This document shows positions 18,253 to 27,691 of a stretch of DNA of 64,000 nt, piece after piece. The stretch's first letter is position 1. The number at the start of each line of letters is the position of its first letter. This stretch comes from Minisyncoccota bacterium (lineage in GTDB: Bacteria; Patescibacteriota; Minisyncoccia; Phycocordibacterales; PALSA-1337), in the NCBI GenBank assembly GCA_041665385.1, contig JBAYIX010000002.1, positions 50,932 through 114,931 of the forward strand, written 5' to 3'. A program made the translations under genes and the position numbers. A model generated the notes under the pieces. It worked only from the letters and a program-made list of their open reading frames with translations, searched no databases and had not been told where the DNA came from.

Positions 18253-19926
18253 ATGACTATGGATATAAGCATTCCTACCATATTGATATGGATCACGGCA
18301 ATAATAATTATTAGTCTGGATTTGGTTATTGTAATAGGTAGCCGTAATTTATCATCGCGAGTTTTTGCTGCATTAAGTTTTACAACTGCAATTTGGGTAA
18401 TCTCATCAGGCTTTTTCATATCAACACTATCATCTAATGTTTCAAATATTTTAATCCGCTTTCAGTACGTGCTTGGAATATCAATAGCCTTAGGCTTTTA
18501 TTTATTTTCATTAATTTATCCTAATGACAAAAAGATAACTAAAAAACACATATATGTACCCATATTAATCATCATCATTTTTGCTTACTTATTTTTATTT
18601 TCAAATCACTTAATTATTTATACATTTTACATTGGAGGAATAAATAAGTGGGGATGGAATTTTGGGAATTTTCAGTGGCTATTTGAATTTGCTTTCTGTG
18701 GACTATGGACGTTTGCTCTTCTAAATCTTTATCGTACATACAAGAACTCCTCTGGACCACTACGCATAAATCTTAAAAATATGTTTTGGGCACTATTTTT
18801 AGGCATAATTCCGCCAACCATCGTAAATATTTTATTACCGGCAATTGGTTACTTTCGACTTAACTGGTTCGGTCCAGTAACAAGCGCAATCTGGATACTC
18901 ATCATTGCTTATTCGATTATTCGCTACCGCCAGATGAGCGTACGGATCGTAGTAACAGAGGCATTGGCTGTTGCTATGACGGCGATATTTTTCATAAACA
19001 TTTTCATTGATTTTGCACCGAACATTTACATTCGCATTGTAACCTTTACCGCTTTTATTATACTCGCATATTTCCTGATACGCGGTGCCCTCCTCGAATC
19101 CCGCCAAAAGGAACAACTCGCAGACTTGAATCAGAACCTAGAAGCAAAAGTTGCCGAGCAGACGGCGGAGATCCGTCGCGCGTATGAAGTGGAAAAGAAG
19201 GCTCGAGTCGATCTGGAAAAACTGAATGACAGCAAAAACCAGTTCATCATGATCACCCAGCATCATTTGCGGACGCCGGTGACGAGCATCAGCTGGCAAC
19301 TGGAGTCCATGATATCGGGCGAATACGGCACACTCTCACCGGAGCTCCACACCGCCGTTCTCGAGACCGAAGAATCCACCAAGCGTCTGACGCACATCAT
19401 CGATGATTTTCTAGACATAGCCGCGATGAAAGCTGGCAGCAATATTCTGAACTTTACCGAAAGGAGCCTCCTGTCCGCTATGCAAGAAGTACTGCACGAC
19501 CTCCGCACAGACATTGCGAGGAAGCACATAAGTGTCACCTATCCCGAAACAAATGATGACTGGCCGAAGCTCCATGTCGACTACGAGAAGATGCGCGACA
19601 TCCTCCTCATCGTCATCGAAAATGCCGTGCGCTACAACTATGAGGCTGGCAGTATCACGATCACGACTCGTACACATTCGCACAAGTTTGAAATCTTTAT
19701 AAAAAACACCGGCATAGGCATCACTCCCGAAGAATCGGAAAAGATAGGCTCGACCCTGTTCTACCGCGGAATGGAAGCCAGGAAACAAAATGCTATCGGC
19801 ATGGGAGTCGGTCTGTCTGTGAGCAAAGCCATCATTCGTGGACATCAAGGCAGTTTTGATATCGAGTCGAAAGGCCCGGGCATGGGTGCGACTGTGACCA
19901 TCACTCTACCACTAAAGCAAAACTAA
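18253..19926 (+). CDS. Sensor histidine kinase 2 with N-terminal 7TM sensor domain
   Basis: H-box HHLRTPVTSI and N, G1, G2 boxes. The N-terminal ~280 codons are A+T-rich and polytopic; the C-terminal kinase half is G+C-normal. Confidence 0.85.
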   Translation: MTMDISIPTILIWITAIIIISLDLVIVIGSRNLSSRVFAALSFTTAIWVISSGFFISTLSSNVSNILIRFQYVLGISIALGFYLFSLIYPNDKKITKKHIYVPILIIIIFAYLFLFSNHLIIYTFYIGGINKWGWNFGNFQWLFEFAFCGLWTFALLNLYRTYKNSSGPLRINLKNMFWALFLGIIPPTIVNILLPAIGYFRLNWFGPVTSAIWILIIAYSIIRYRQMSVRIVVTEALAVAMTAIFFINIFIDFAPNIYIRIVTFTAFIILAYFLIRGALLESRQKEQLADLNQNLEAKVAEQTAEIRRAYEVEKKARVDLEKLNDSKNQFIMITQHHLRTPVTSISWQLESMISGEYGTLSPELHTAVLETEESTKRLTHIIDDFLDIAAMKAGSNILNFTERSLLSAMQEVLHDLRTDIARKHISVTYPETNDDWPKLHVDYEKMRDILLIVIENAVRYNYEAGSITITTRTHSHKFEIFIKNTGIGITPEESEKIGSTLFYRGMEARKQNAIGMGVGLSVSKAIIRGHQGSFDIESKGPGMGATVTITLPLKQN

Positions 19927-20570
19927 ATTTGACAGAAAAGTTCCGATACTTTCTTTTTTAGTATTTCCGTCCCAGTTTTGTGCGAACAGCCCTTGGGCAA
20001 GGAAAAAGCCTTTCCTATCGATACTCCGACTTGCCTCCTCCACAAAGTATTTGGTTTCAACCGAAATGCCACCGGCAATACTCGTGCGCCAGTCTCGAGA
20101 GCGAGCACGGCGGCACCCTTTTTGAAATCTGCGAGAACGTCACTATCATTGATATGACCCTCCGGATATATGACTACTACCCCTCCGGAACTAATGATCT
20201 CCTTTGGTTTTTTGAGATTCACCTCGATACCTTTGCCCGGAAAAACGACGAAAACACCAAAAAGAGAGTAAACAAATTTTACAAAACCGATGCGACCGAG
20301 AAATATGAGAAATGGCCATTGGAAAGCATCTACAGCCATGAAGCGGAGCGGCAAGTGAGAATATGACGACACCAAACGGAAAAGAAAGCTGTCGTAAAAA
20401 GAAATATGGTTGGAAACAATTATGAGCGGCTTACCAGACTCATTCATGTTTTCCGCACCCACTATATGCAGGCGGAAAAATAGATGGAAAAAAGGCATTA
20501 CCAGAATGCCTGACAAGTATTGATTTATGCGCGAAAACCTTTCCGTATAAAGAACCGCGTCGCTGGCCAT
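19923..20570 (-). CDS. plsC: 1-acyl-sn-glycerol-3-phosphate acyltransferase
   Basis: NHISFYD (HxxxxD) and IYPEG motifs. Confidence 0.8.
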   Translation of the reverse strand: MASDAVLYTERFSRINQYLSGILVMPFFHLFFRLHIVGAENMNESGKPLIIVSNHISFYDSFLFRLVSSYSHLPLRFMAVDAFQWPFLIFLGRIGFVKFVYSLFGVFVVFPGKGIEVNLKKPKEIISSGGVVVIYPEGHINDSDVLADFKKGAAVLALETGARVLPVAFRLKPNTLWRRQVGVSIGKAFSLPKGCSHKTGTEILKKKVSELFCQI

Positions 20571-20707
20571 TTATTGCTTTTACAAAATAGACTTATTCTG
20601 TTTCGACTACAGATGGCGCTAGTATATCATGAGCATGTCTACCTTGACAATCGAGCACACTTGTGCCAGTATTCGTAACAAATGACGTTCTTTCCAAACC
20701 ATGACTC

Positions 20708-21136
20708 GTGCCAGTTATGCAAACACCAAATATACTCGATGTGTACGTAGACGGCGAAACCAAAATCCTAAAGGAGATTGTGATCAGCCTCATCAGAGAA
20801 GATCCGACTCAGATATGGATCTGCAATATCCTGTCTGAGGCGGATGTGGTACTGATACATCTGGACCGGAGAGACTACCAAACACTGTCATGGGAACAGT
20901 GGTTCCAATATGCAGAAATATGCGCTCCCCAAGCTCTCATCCTCGTGCTTAGTGATGAAATGCCCCGTGCAGTCGATCTTTGCGGAGGACGTGTCTGCTG
21001 GAACAGACCGGACACCTTCCAGGTCGCAAGCATTCTGGATGAATTCCGAAATACATACATGGGCACACTGCGTTTCGCATCGGAACTACAGAGACGATGC
21101 AAACAGAATGGTGTGATGATAGCAGTACCCCACTAA
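20708..21136 (+). CDS. Hypothetical protein, possibly a degenerate receiver-like (CheY-fold) domain
   Basis: DVVLIHLD / ALILVLSDE / AVDLCGG pattern resembles a receiver domain lacking canonical acidic residues. Adjacent to HK2. Confidence 0.3.
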   Translation: MPVMQTPNILDVYVDGETKILKEIVISLIREDPTQIWICNILSEADVVLIHLDRRDYQTLSWEQWFQYAEICAPQALILVLSDEMPRAVDLCGGRVCWNRPDTFQVASILDEFRNTYMGTLRFASELQRRCKQNGVMIAVPH

Positions 21137-21157
21137 AGGAAATGAAAACAAATGAGA

Positions 21158-21177
21158 GCGCATTGGAAACAATGCGC
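21158..21177 (+). terminator. Intrinsic terminator (GAAA tetraloop) after the 20708-21136 gene
   Basis: GCGCATTG-GAAA-CAATGCGC followed by TTTT. Confidence 0.55.
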
Positions 21178-21293
21178 TTTTCTCTCGGGCACACAACTTT
21201 CTTTTTGTCGGATTTGAGAAGTTGTGCAAAGTCCGGGTAATCATAATAGCTCGCAAATCTGACAAAAAGAAAGTTGTGTGCCCGAGAGAAAAG
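21177..21293. repeat. Giant-hairpin element C: 40-bp inverted repeat (1 G.T wobble) around a 37-nt core related to A/B/E
   Basis: Arms are 21177-21216 and 21254-21293. Loop AGAAGTTGTGCAAAGTCCGGGTAATCATAATAGCTCG. Confidence 0.85.
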
Positions 21294-21302
21294 CTGTAGT
21301 GC

Positions 21303-21989
21303 CTAATCTTGACCCGGACGCTTGATAACTAGCTCAGTCACAGGCTCAGAAGAGGCGAGATTTGCGATGATCTTTTCTGCCGTTTCATCGGGATCGAGGA
21401 AGAGATCGTACTCCGGCGGTCTTTCTTCATTGAACAGGTCTGTTTTCATACCCCCAGGATATACACCTATAACAGTAATACCGAAATCTTTTACCTCTTC
21501 TCGGAGCGAGTCGGTAAAGCCTCGAGCGGCATACTTGCTCGAAGCATACACAGCAGAGTTTGGCCGGCCGGCTAGAGCGGCGGTGGAAATAATATTCACG
21601 ATCGTTCCCTTCCCCGCCTTTTTCATATATAGCAAGACGGCTCGTGCACCGTACATAGTGCCAAAGAGATTGACCTCCATGAGCTGATGCGCCCGCACCA
21701 TGTCCGCCTTTTCTATAGGCATGCGGGGGTGCCAGACGCCGGCATTGTTGATCCAGATATCTATGCCACCTGTCAGACTAGCCGCCTCTCGTGCCAGATT
21801 TATGAGATCTTGCTCTTTGGTAACATCTGCGACTATTGCGGTCGCGCCGATCTCGAGCGCGGTCTTTTCGAGCTCTGCTTTGTCGCGCGATGATACAACC
21901 ACTCTGGCTCCTTGTTCCGCAACAAGCCTCGCCATCGATCTTCCCAACCCCCGGCTAGAGCCGGTAATAACTACCACTTTATTTTTCAT
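21303..21989 (-). CDS. Short-chain dehydrogenase/reductase (SDR) family oxidoreductase
   Basis: TGSSRGLG cofactor motif, NNAG, and the YxxxK catalytic pair. Confidence 0.85.
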   Translation of the reverse strand: MKNKVVVITGSSRGLGRSMARLVAEQGARVVVSSRDKAELEKTALEIGATAIVADVTKEQDLINLAREAASLTGGIDIWINNAGVWHPRMPIEKADMVRAHQLMEVNLFGTMYGARAVLLYMKKAGKGTIVNIISTAALAGRPNSAVYASSKYAARGFTDSLREEVKDFGITVIGVYPGGMKTDLFNEERPPEYDLFLDPDETAEKIIANLASSEPVTELVIKRPGQD

Positions 21990-22013
21990 GAGGGAATTTT
22001 AGCACAAAAAACA

Positions 22014-23315
22014 CTACAAAGTTATTTTTGGCAGGTCTACTTCCTTTATATTGCCGGCAACAGTCATGTACCAGGCATCATCCTTGAAATACTTGTTTGC
22101 AACACGGATGATGTCTTCGTTGGTGACCTCGGAATGACTTCTTACGCGATCAACGACTGTCTTTCCCTTTTGAGACAATATTCTTTCCTGATAGAAGTGT
22201 CCATCTACCCAGCTTTCTGCTGTTTCATACATGACTCGAAGTCGCTTTGTTGCAGTCTCCTTCTTTGCTTTTATTAACTCTTCGGGTATGCCGTCACGTT
22301 TGACGTCCTTCAATATGGAACAAAGAGTAAGAAGTGTTTCGGATAGATTTGCGAGCGAAGTCGATGCGTGTATCATGAAATGTCCTGAATCATTTGACGG
22401 AGAGCTAGCTGCATCGACACTATATATCAGTCCTTTTTCATATCGAAGCTTTTTGTGCAATAGACCGGCACGCCCACCACCTAGTGTATCAGCCAACATT
22501 CTTAATACGGTCGAATCTTTATCTGATATTATTGTTGTTCGAAAACCCATCCAAAAATTAACATGCTTTACATTTTCGTCGTAGAAGATCTGAAGAGGCC
22601 TTGTCCGAATAATTGGCGCCAGAACTTCTGTGAGTTCATGTGCGATACCTAGTGCCACAAAATGTATATTTTTTTCGATGGAAGCGGCCATATTTTCTAT
22701 TGATATACCTCCAGCGGAAACCATACTGCACCTATTCGATACGACATACTTGTTATAGAAATCGAGGGTATCCTGACGCGTGATAGACATCAGAGATTCC
22801 TTTGTACCTAATGTATCCAGCTCATAAGCGGTGCCTTGATACATCAGACAATAGAATCCGCGATTTGCTTTTTTTTCGGCCGTAGAGAGCCTATCCCCCA
22901 TTTCCTGCAATATAGATCCTCGTTCGGATTCTATTATAGAGTCAGTGAACAAAGACTCGGTCAAGAGCTCACCGAGAAATGATGTCAAAACATCAATATC
23001 CGCAGGCTCAGATATTTCAGAGTTCACGCACAATACCTCGTCATTTGTACTTGCCGACACCAGGCCTCCCTTGCTCTCTATATACATTGCAAGCTTGTCC
23101 TTCTGTGGAAACTTCTTTGTCCCTGCAAATATGAGGTGTTCAACAAAGTGTGCTATTCCCTCCTTGCCTGGCGGGTCGAAACGACTGCCAGAATCGAAAA
23201 CTAGTTTCAAAGTAACCGGAGCATTTGGCTTCTCGAAATGTACTAGACGGACTCCATTTGATAGCACTTTTTCCTTTCGTACAACACCGAGCTCCGCAAG
23301 AGTGGGTATTTGCAT
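22014..23315 (-). CDS. M16-family zinc peptidase (insulinase/pitrilysin-like)
   Basis: HFVEHLIF inverted zincin HxxEH motif. 433 aa with both M16 halves. Confidence 0.8.
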   Translation of the reverse strand: MQIPTLAELGVVRKEKVLSNGVRLVHFEKPNAPVTLKLVFDSGSRFDPPGKEGIAHFVEHLIFAGTKKFPQKDKLAMYIESKGGLVSASTNDEVLCVNSEISEPADIDVLTSFLGELLTESLFTDSIIESERGSILQEMGDRLSTAEKKANRGFYCLMYQGTAYELDTLGTKESLMSITRQDTLDFYNKYVVSNRCSMVSAGGISIENMAASIEKNIHFVALGIAHELTEVLAPIIRTRPLQIFYDENVKHVNFWMGFRTTIISDKDSTVLRMLADTLGGGRAGLLHKKLRYEKGLIYSVDAASSPSNDSGHFMIHASTSLANLSETLLTLCSILKDVKRDGIPEELIKAKKETATKRLRVMYETAESWVDGHFYQERILSQKGKTVVDRVRSHSEVTNEDIIRVANKYFKDDAWYMTVAGNIKEVDLPKITL

Positions 23316-23359
23316 TTTATTATATGTAAAATGAATAATTTATACGATCATATCACACA

Positions 23360-23397
23360 AAAGTGAATAAAATGGAGCTGGCATTACTACCAGCTCC
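23360..23397 (-). terminator. Intrinsic terminator immediately after small peptide gene P1
   Basis: GGAGCTGG..CCAGCTCC stem followed by a U-rich run on the minus strand. Confidence 0.5.
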
Positions 23398-23408
23398 ATA
23401 ACGGTCAT

Positions 23409-23501
23409 TCAGTACTTCTCGCAAGAGCCACCCGTGTGAGGGCAGGTCTCTTCGGTTTCCTCTTCGCAAAAGAGGACTTGGATGGATTTGGTATTCTTCA
23501 T
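23409..23501 (-). CDS. Small acidic Cys/Thr/Glu-rich peptide P1 (30 aa: MKNTKSIQVLFCEEETEETCPHTGGSCEKY). Possible longer form from ATG 23546.
   Basis: Not in the supplied ORF track. N-terminus is paralogous to P2/P3 (M-[KN]-x-[ST]-K..). A terminator follows directly. Confidence 0.4.
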   Translation of the reverse strand: MKNTKSIQVLFCEEETEETCPHTGGSCEKY

Positions 23502-23591
23502 AGTAAATAGAATGAAGATTGACTTTTTGATGAACCACACATACATGTGTCGGCTCTCCCGCATAAGAGCGGTCACCTGCTCGCATGAAGA

Positions 23592-23696
23592 TCAGGGACT
23601 ACTATCGTGCCCGTAATCATCATGGTCCGGACCATCATCATCGGCCTGGAACAAGATATGTTTTTGCATAGGAATGAACTTTTGCAGTTTGGACAT
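23592..23696 (-). CDS. Small acidic peptide P2 (34 aa: MSKLQKFIPMQKHILFQADDDGPDHDDYGHDSSP)
   Basis: Not in the ORF track. SD-like GAGGGGG sits 5-6 nt before the ATG. Preceded by a start-stop mini-ORF (AGGAAACC-ATG-TAG at 23730-23735). Confidence 0.45.
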   Translation of the reverse strand: MSKLQKFIPMQKHILFQADDDGPDHDDYGHDSSP

Positions 23697-23754
23697 AGCG
23701 ACCCCCTCATACATGAAGCGGATCTCCCACTACATGGTTTCCTAAAGATGGATG

Positions 23755-23847
23755 TCAGTCACCGTCAGTAGGCTCGTCTGTCGGAATATCAGGAGTACAG
23801 TTGCCGTCATCCTGCTCAATAACAGACATCAGTTTGGACTTGTTCAT
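23755..23847 (-). CDS. Small acidic peptide P3 (30 aa: MNKSKLMSVIEQDDGNCTPDIPTDEPTDGD)
   Basis: Internal Met of the track ORF 23755-23946. Thr/Asp/Glu-rich C-terminus resembling graspetide core peptides. Confidence 0.4.
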   Translation of the reverse strand: MNKSKLMSVIEQDDGNCTPDIPTDEPTDGD

Positions 23848-24037
23848 ACTTTTCGTAGTGTTTGTAATGTTCATGACCGGAATAAGTCCGGCCTCCATCA
23901 CGCTGGTCCGGCGGTATGCACGGTCCAGTGTCGTCGCTAGGTCCACAAGCGCTCGTTCCCGAAAAGGTTTTGCGAATACCTTTTCTTATGAGCATATCAT
24001 CGTCTTGTCCGTCCCCATCACAGGAACCTTCTGGCAT
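23816..24037 (-). CDS. Hypothetical 73-aa acidic Cys-containing protein (alternative frame overlapping P3)
   Basis: AAAGGAA SD before the ATG. MPEGSCDGDGQDDD.. The frame choice versus P3 is unresolved. Confidence 0.25.
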   Translation of the reverse strand: MPEGSCDGDGQDDDMLIRKGIRKTFSGTSACGPSDDTGPCIPPDQRDGGRTYSGHEHYKHYEKYEQVQTDVCY

Positions 24038-24171
24038 ATTTTCCTTTCTCTACCTATTTTGTTTGCCTACTATAGGTAGTGCTATCTATGGGTATCTTAT
24101 CAGAGGGGGTTTTATTGTCAAGCATAGATGATTCAGTTGTGGATAACTGGCAATTGTGAGATTCTAGTGAT

Positions 24172-24687
24172 ATGGAGAAGTCTTATAATACTATTCGCGA
24201 ACTATTGCGAACCGATCAAGAAGATATTTGTCTGTTCAAGGCTGGCAAAATCTCTGCTGATGAACACACGGATCGAAATCTATTCACTTCAAATAGCTTT
24301 ATGGACCAGATGCGAAAAGACGGATTTTGCTACAAGAATTCAGCTTCACAGGATATCTACAAAGCTTTTGTTACCCTATCGTTGCATGTCAGCCTTAGTA
24401 ATATGAAATGGATATTTGACACGTATATTGAGAAAACCACACCCTATGAGGTTGCTCCTGAAGACAAGGCGTTATTTATTGATAAAATTCTGATACTTTC
24501 AGGAAAACCTCAAATATACGGTACACAATATAAAATTGATTCGAACAAAAAGATATCATTTCTTCCTATTGAGGATGAAGTCAATCTAGATAAGAGAAGA
24601 AGTGAAGCTGGTCTTAATCATATAGAGACGTACATGAAAATAATTGGGGATCATGAGTCACTAGCTTCGAAGCACTTTATACTATAA
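24172..24687 (+). CDS. Hypothetical protein, family A (A1). Paralogue of 41109-41621.
   Basis: Shared blocks DQEDICLFKAGKISADE / GTQYKIDSNKKISFLPIEDEVNLDKRRSEAGL with A2. A+T-rich. Confidence 0.6.
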   Translation: MEKSYNTIRELLRTDQEDICLFKAGKISADEHTDRNLFTSNSFMDQMRKDGFCYKNSASQDIYKAFVTLSLHVSLSNMKWIFDTYIEKTTPYEVAPEDKALFIDKILILSGKPQIYGTQYKIDSNKKISFLPIEDEVNLDKRRSEAGLNHIETYMKIIGDHESLASKHFIL

Positions 24688-24697
24688 TAAAAAAGTA

Positions 24698-25546
24698 TTA
24701 ATGAAGCAGAATCGGTTCCCTAAACTCCTTTAGAAGCGCCGGATCTTTCATGATTTGGATTCCATGATTATTATCAAATTGTCGCTTTTTTATTATATCT
24801 GATTCAATTTCTTTACATACATGTATCATTTGTCCTACAAAAAGTCTAAAGTCATTTCCCTCAGCTCTATTTTTCTCGAATAACTTTAGAAAATAATCGA
24901 AAGCGGTGATTGTTTTATCATCCATTTTGAAATATATCTCCAGAACATTATAATTGCCCACTATTTCCTTTTTAAAGATGTCGCAAAAATCGTCCTGATA
25001 GACAATTATCGGCGCGATGAGTTCTTTTATGAAATATAGTAACTCATGACTCAGTTCTTCATTTATATCTTTTAAAATATCATAGAGCATTATGTGAGAT
25101 ATCTCATGGATAGACACGGCTAAAACTCGTGGAAATGCGGTTACTCCTTTTAGACATTTATATATGGAAAAATAAAAGATATTATCCTTGAATGGAGATA
25201 GAGGAAATATTGTGGGTACTAAAATATAACCTTGATTTTCAGATTGCCATTCATAATTCATTAGACCTGCCAATATATCCAGTGCCTTCTCACCCTTAGC
25301 TTCAACTTCGTGTTTAACAAAGTTTACTGCGGTATCGATATTCTCCTTGTTTCCTTTTCTCAAGTCCTCAATAAACTTTTTGACCACATCACTTTCACTT
25401 TTAGGCTCTACATCGATAACTGTTTTTAGTTCTGGTAAAAAGGAAAAGATAATATTTCTATGCTGGGGATATTCTTTGTTATTCAGAAAGTTCAAAAATA
25501 TATTAATCTCCGATTTTTCATTGATATCTAAAAGTATTTTATGCAT
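24698..25546 (-). CDS. Hypothetical protein with HExxH motif (putative zinc metallopeptidase)
   Basis: VSIHEISHIML. A+T-rich. No further family assignment is possible. Confidence 0.4.
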   Translation of the reverse strand: MHKILLDINEKSEINIFLNFLNNKEYPQHRNIIFSFLPELKTVIDVEPKSESDVVKKFIEDLRKGNKENIDTAVNFVKHEVEAKGEKALDILAGLMNYEWQSENQGYILVPTIFPLSPFKDNIFYFSIYKCLKGVTAFPRVLAVSIHEISHIMLYDILKDINEELSHELLYFIKELIAPIIVYQDDFCDIFKKEIVGNYNVLEIYFKMDDKTITAFDYFLKLFEKNRAEGNDFRLFVGQMIHVCKEIESDIIKKRQFDNNHGIQIMKDPALLKEFREPILLH

Positions 25547-25626
25547 TTGGATAATATATCATATTTAACACGTTAAAAAACAGCTAGGACTTTCATCCCA
25601 GCTGTGTGTAAATAACCTTGGAACAA

Positions 25627-26931
25627 TTACGGCGTCAGGCGATTAGGCCCGCGATAGAGGTAGGTCACTTCCCGGACATTTTTTCGGTCTAGGAGAACCA
25701 TGAGAAGCCTCGTAAGTCCCACACCGAATCCTCCGTGCGACGGACAACCGTAGCGAAAGAAGTTGATGTAGTGCGCGAGAGGAGCAAGAGCCAATCCCTT
25801 TTCTCGCGCCTGCTGTTCAAGCGTTTCGACACGATGTTCACGCTGTGCACCAGTCGTCACTTCAAGCCCCTTCCATAAAAGGTCGAAGCTCTTGGTGATG
25901 CTGGGATTGCCGTCATGACGCATGTGGTAGAACGGTCGCACATCGATCGGGTAGTCGATCACAAAAACAAACTCGTGACCAAATTCCTTCTTGATGTATT
26001 CCGCCAAACCCCTTTCGCCGGGCGGATCAAGGTCAGTGATTTGCTCCATGGTATGGCCCTGCTTTGCGAGAATCTCTCGCGCATTTGCCAAGGTAACCCT
26101 TGGAAATGGGAGTTGAGGAATCACTACGTCAACTCCGAAAACGTCCTTGATAGCCTTACCGTATTTCTCTGACACTCGTTTGACCACGTGATGCAACCAA
26201 GTCTCCTCGATATGCATCAGATCTTCATGGGAATCAACCCACGATATCTCCATGTCAACCGAGGTAATCTCGGTGTCATGTCGTGATGTGAACGATGGAT
26301 TGGCACGGAATACAGGCGCAATCTCAAAGATCCGATCAAACCCTGCCGCCATCGCCATTTGCTTGTAGAACTGAGGCGATTGGGCCAGAGTCGCTTTTTG
26401 CCCGAAGTACTCAAGCTGAAACAGTTCTGCACCGGATTCGCTCGCCGTTGCCATAAGCTTCGGCGAATGGACCTCGATGAAGCCGTTGTCAGCCCAGAAC
26501 TCCCTCATCGCCTGCTCCACGGTCGTTTGGACCTGGAATATCAGGAGATTTTCGGGTTGCCTCAAGCTAAGCATCCGCCAGTCCATCTGCAGATCGAGCG
26601 ATGACTCCGGCGTAATCGGTAATGGCGCAATGGCGATGCTTGAAACATCAACCGACTCCGCCACAATCTCAACTCCACCAAGCTTCACGCCCTTGTTTTC
26701 GACCACGCGGCCTACAACAGTGACTGCTGATTCAGCAGTAAGCGAAGATATGGTCTTTTTCAACCCATCCTCGTCACCACCTTTTTCATGACAAATCTGA
26801 ACCTGTCCCGTCTGATCCCTGAGGATCACGAACTGCATTTTCTTTTGGTCGCGAATGACTTGTGAAAAGCCCGCAACTTTTACTCGTTGGCCGATTAAAG
26901 TCGGTATGTATTGAGTCAATGTGCGATTCAT
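25627..26931 (-). CDS. aspS: Aspartyl-tRNA synthetase, archaeal/eukaryal-type class IIb
   Basis: N-terminal OB fold and class II motifs (FRANPS.., QSPQFYKQ, GGFGVGLTRL). The Asp versus Asn assignment is tentative. Confidence 0.7.
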   Translation of the reverse strand: MNRTLTQYIPTLIGQRVKVAGFSQVIRDQKKMQFVILRDQTGQVQICHEKGGDEDGLKKTISSLTAESAVTVVGRVVENKGVKLGGVEIVAESVDVSSIAIAPLPITPESSLDLQMDWRMLSLRQPENLLIFQVQTTVEQAMREFWADNGFIEVHSPKLMATASESGAELFQLEYFGQKATLAQSPQFYKQMAMAAGFDRIFEIAPVFRANPSFTSRHDTEITSVDMEISWVDSHEDLMHIEETWLHHVVKRVSEKYGKAIKDVFGVDVVIPQLPFPRVTLANAREILAKQGHTMEQITDLDPPGERGLAEYIKKEFGHEFVFVIDYPIDVRPFYHMRHDGNPSITKSFDLLWKGLEVTTGAQREHRVETLEQQAREKGLALAPLAHYINFFRYGCPSHGGFGVGLTRLLMVLLDRKNVREVTYLYRGPNRLTP

Positions 26932-27105
26932 TTGCCACCTCCTTTCAATTGGTTGTGGTCATTTTGTTCATAATAACTACTATAAACAGATCAACTCCAT
27001 TTATAGTTCTTGCTACAGAGTAAGAAACAATATTAATATTGTCAAGGCTTTTTTGAAAATCTACATTTGAATTATGCAATCCAAATGAAAAGAACTTAAC
27101 ATAAT

Positions 27106-27684
27106 TTATCGATAGTATTTTGACCTATTTACAACTAAACTACCGTTTACGATCTCAACATCAAAAAAAGAGAATAATTTATCATTTATCTGATCGATAA
27201 ATTCCGTATTAGAATAATTGAGTTTGTTTGCCACGACATAGATTCCCACAACTTCCACTCCCAATTTTCTAAACAGATTTTCCGCAGCTCTTAATGTTCC
27301 TCCAGTTGATAAAATACAGTCTACAATGACTATCCTCTTTATTTTTGTTAGATCAAATGAAAAAAATAGCTCTCTTTTCTGATATCCTGTCTCTTGAGTG
27401 AACTGAAATAAATCAGTCATCTTGTAATTAAATGTCCTAGCTGCAACAATAGGCTTTCCTGATAATAATGCTAATGGTAAAGCCGTAAATATTCCGTCAG
27501 TCTCAACAGTAAATATCAAATCAATATCCTTAGGCATCTTAGAATACATGGCCTCAGCTAGATATCTCACTTCCTCAATATCAATTGGAATTATACCTTT
27601 ATATGGATAGACGAAATAATCATAACCATTTTCGGTCTTATATACTGGTGTTTTTTCAAATTTTCTCTTGATTGCTTCAAACAT
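27106..27684 (-). CDS. Type I phosphoribosyltransferase (PRTase)
   Basis: PRPP-binding motif VIVDCILSTGGTL. A+T-rich island gene. Confidence 0.65.
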   Translation of the reverse strand: MFEAIKRKFEKTPVYKTENGYDYFVYPYKGIIPIDIEEVRYLAEAMYSKMPKDIDLIFTVETDGIFTALPLALLSGKPIVAARTFNYKMTDLFQFTQETGYQKRELFFSFDLTKIKRIVIVDCILSTGGTLRAAENLFRKLGVEVVGIYVVANKLNYSNTEFIDQINDKLFSFFDVEIVNGSLVVNRSKYYR

Positions 27685-27691
27685 ATTGGTG

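Noticed and set aside
23353-23586. 77-aa minus-strand ORF between the M16 peptidase and the peptide array
   Set aside because: It spans the P1 terminator hairpin (23374-23397) and runs in a different frame across P1. The paralogous short peptides with an SD and a terminator are a better explanation of this region.
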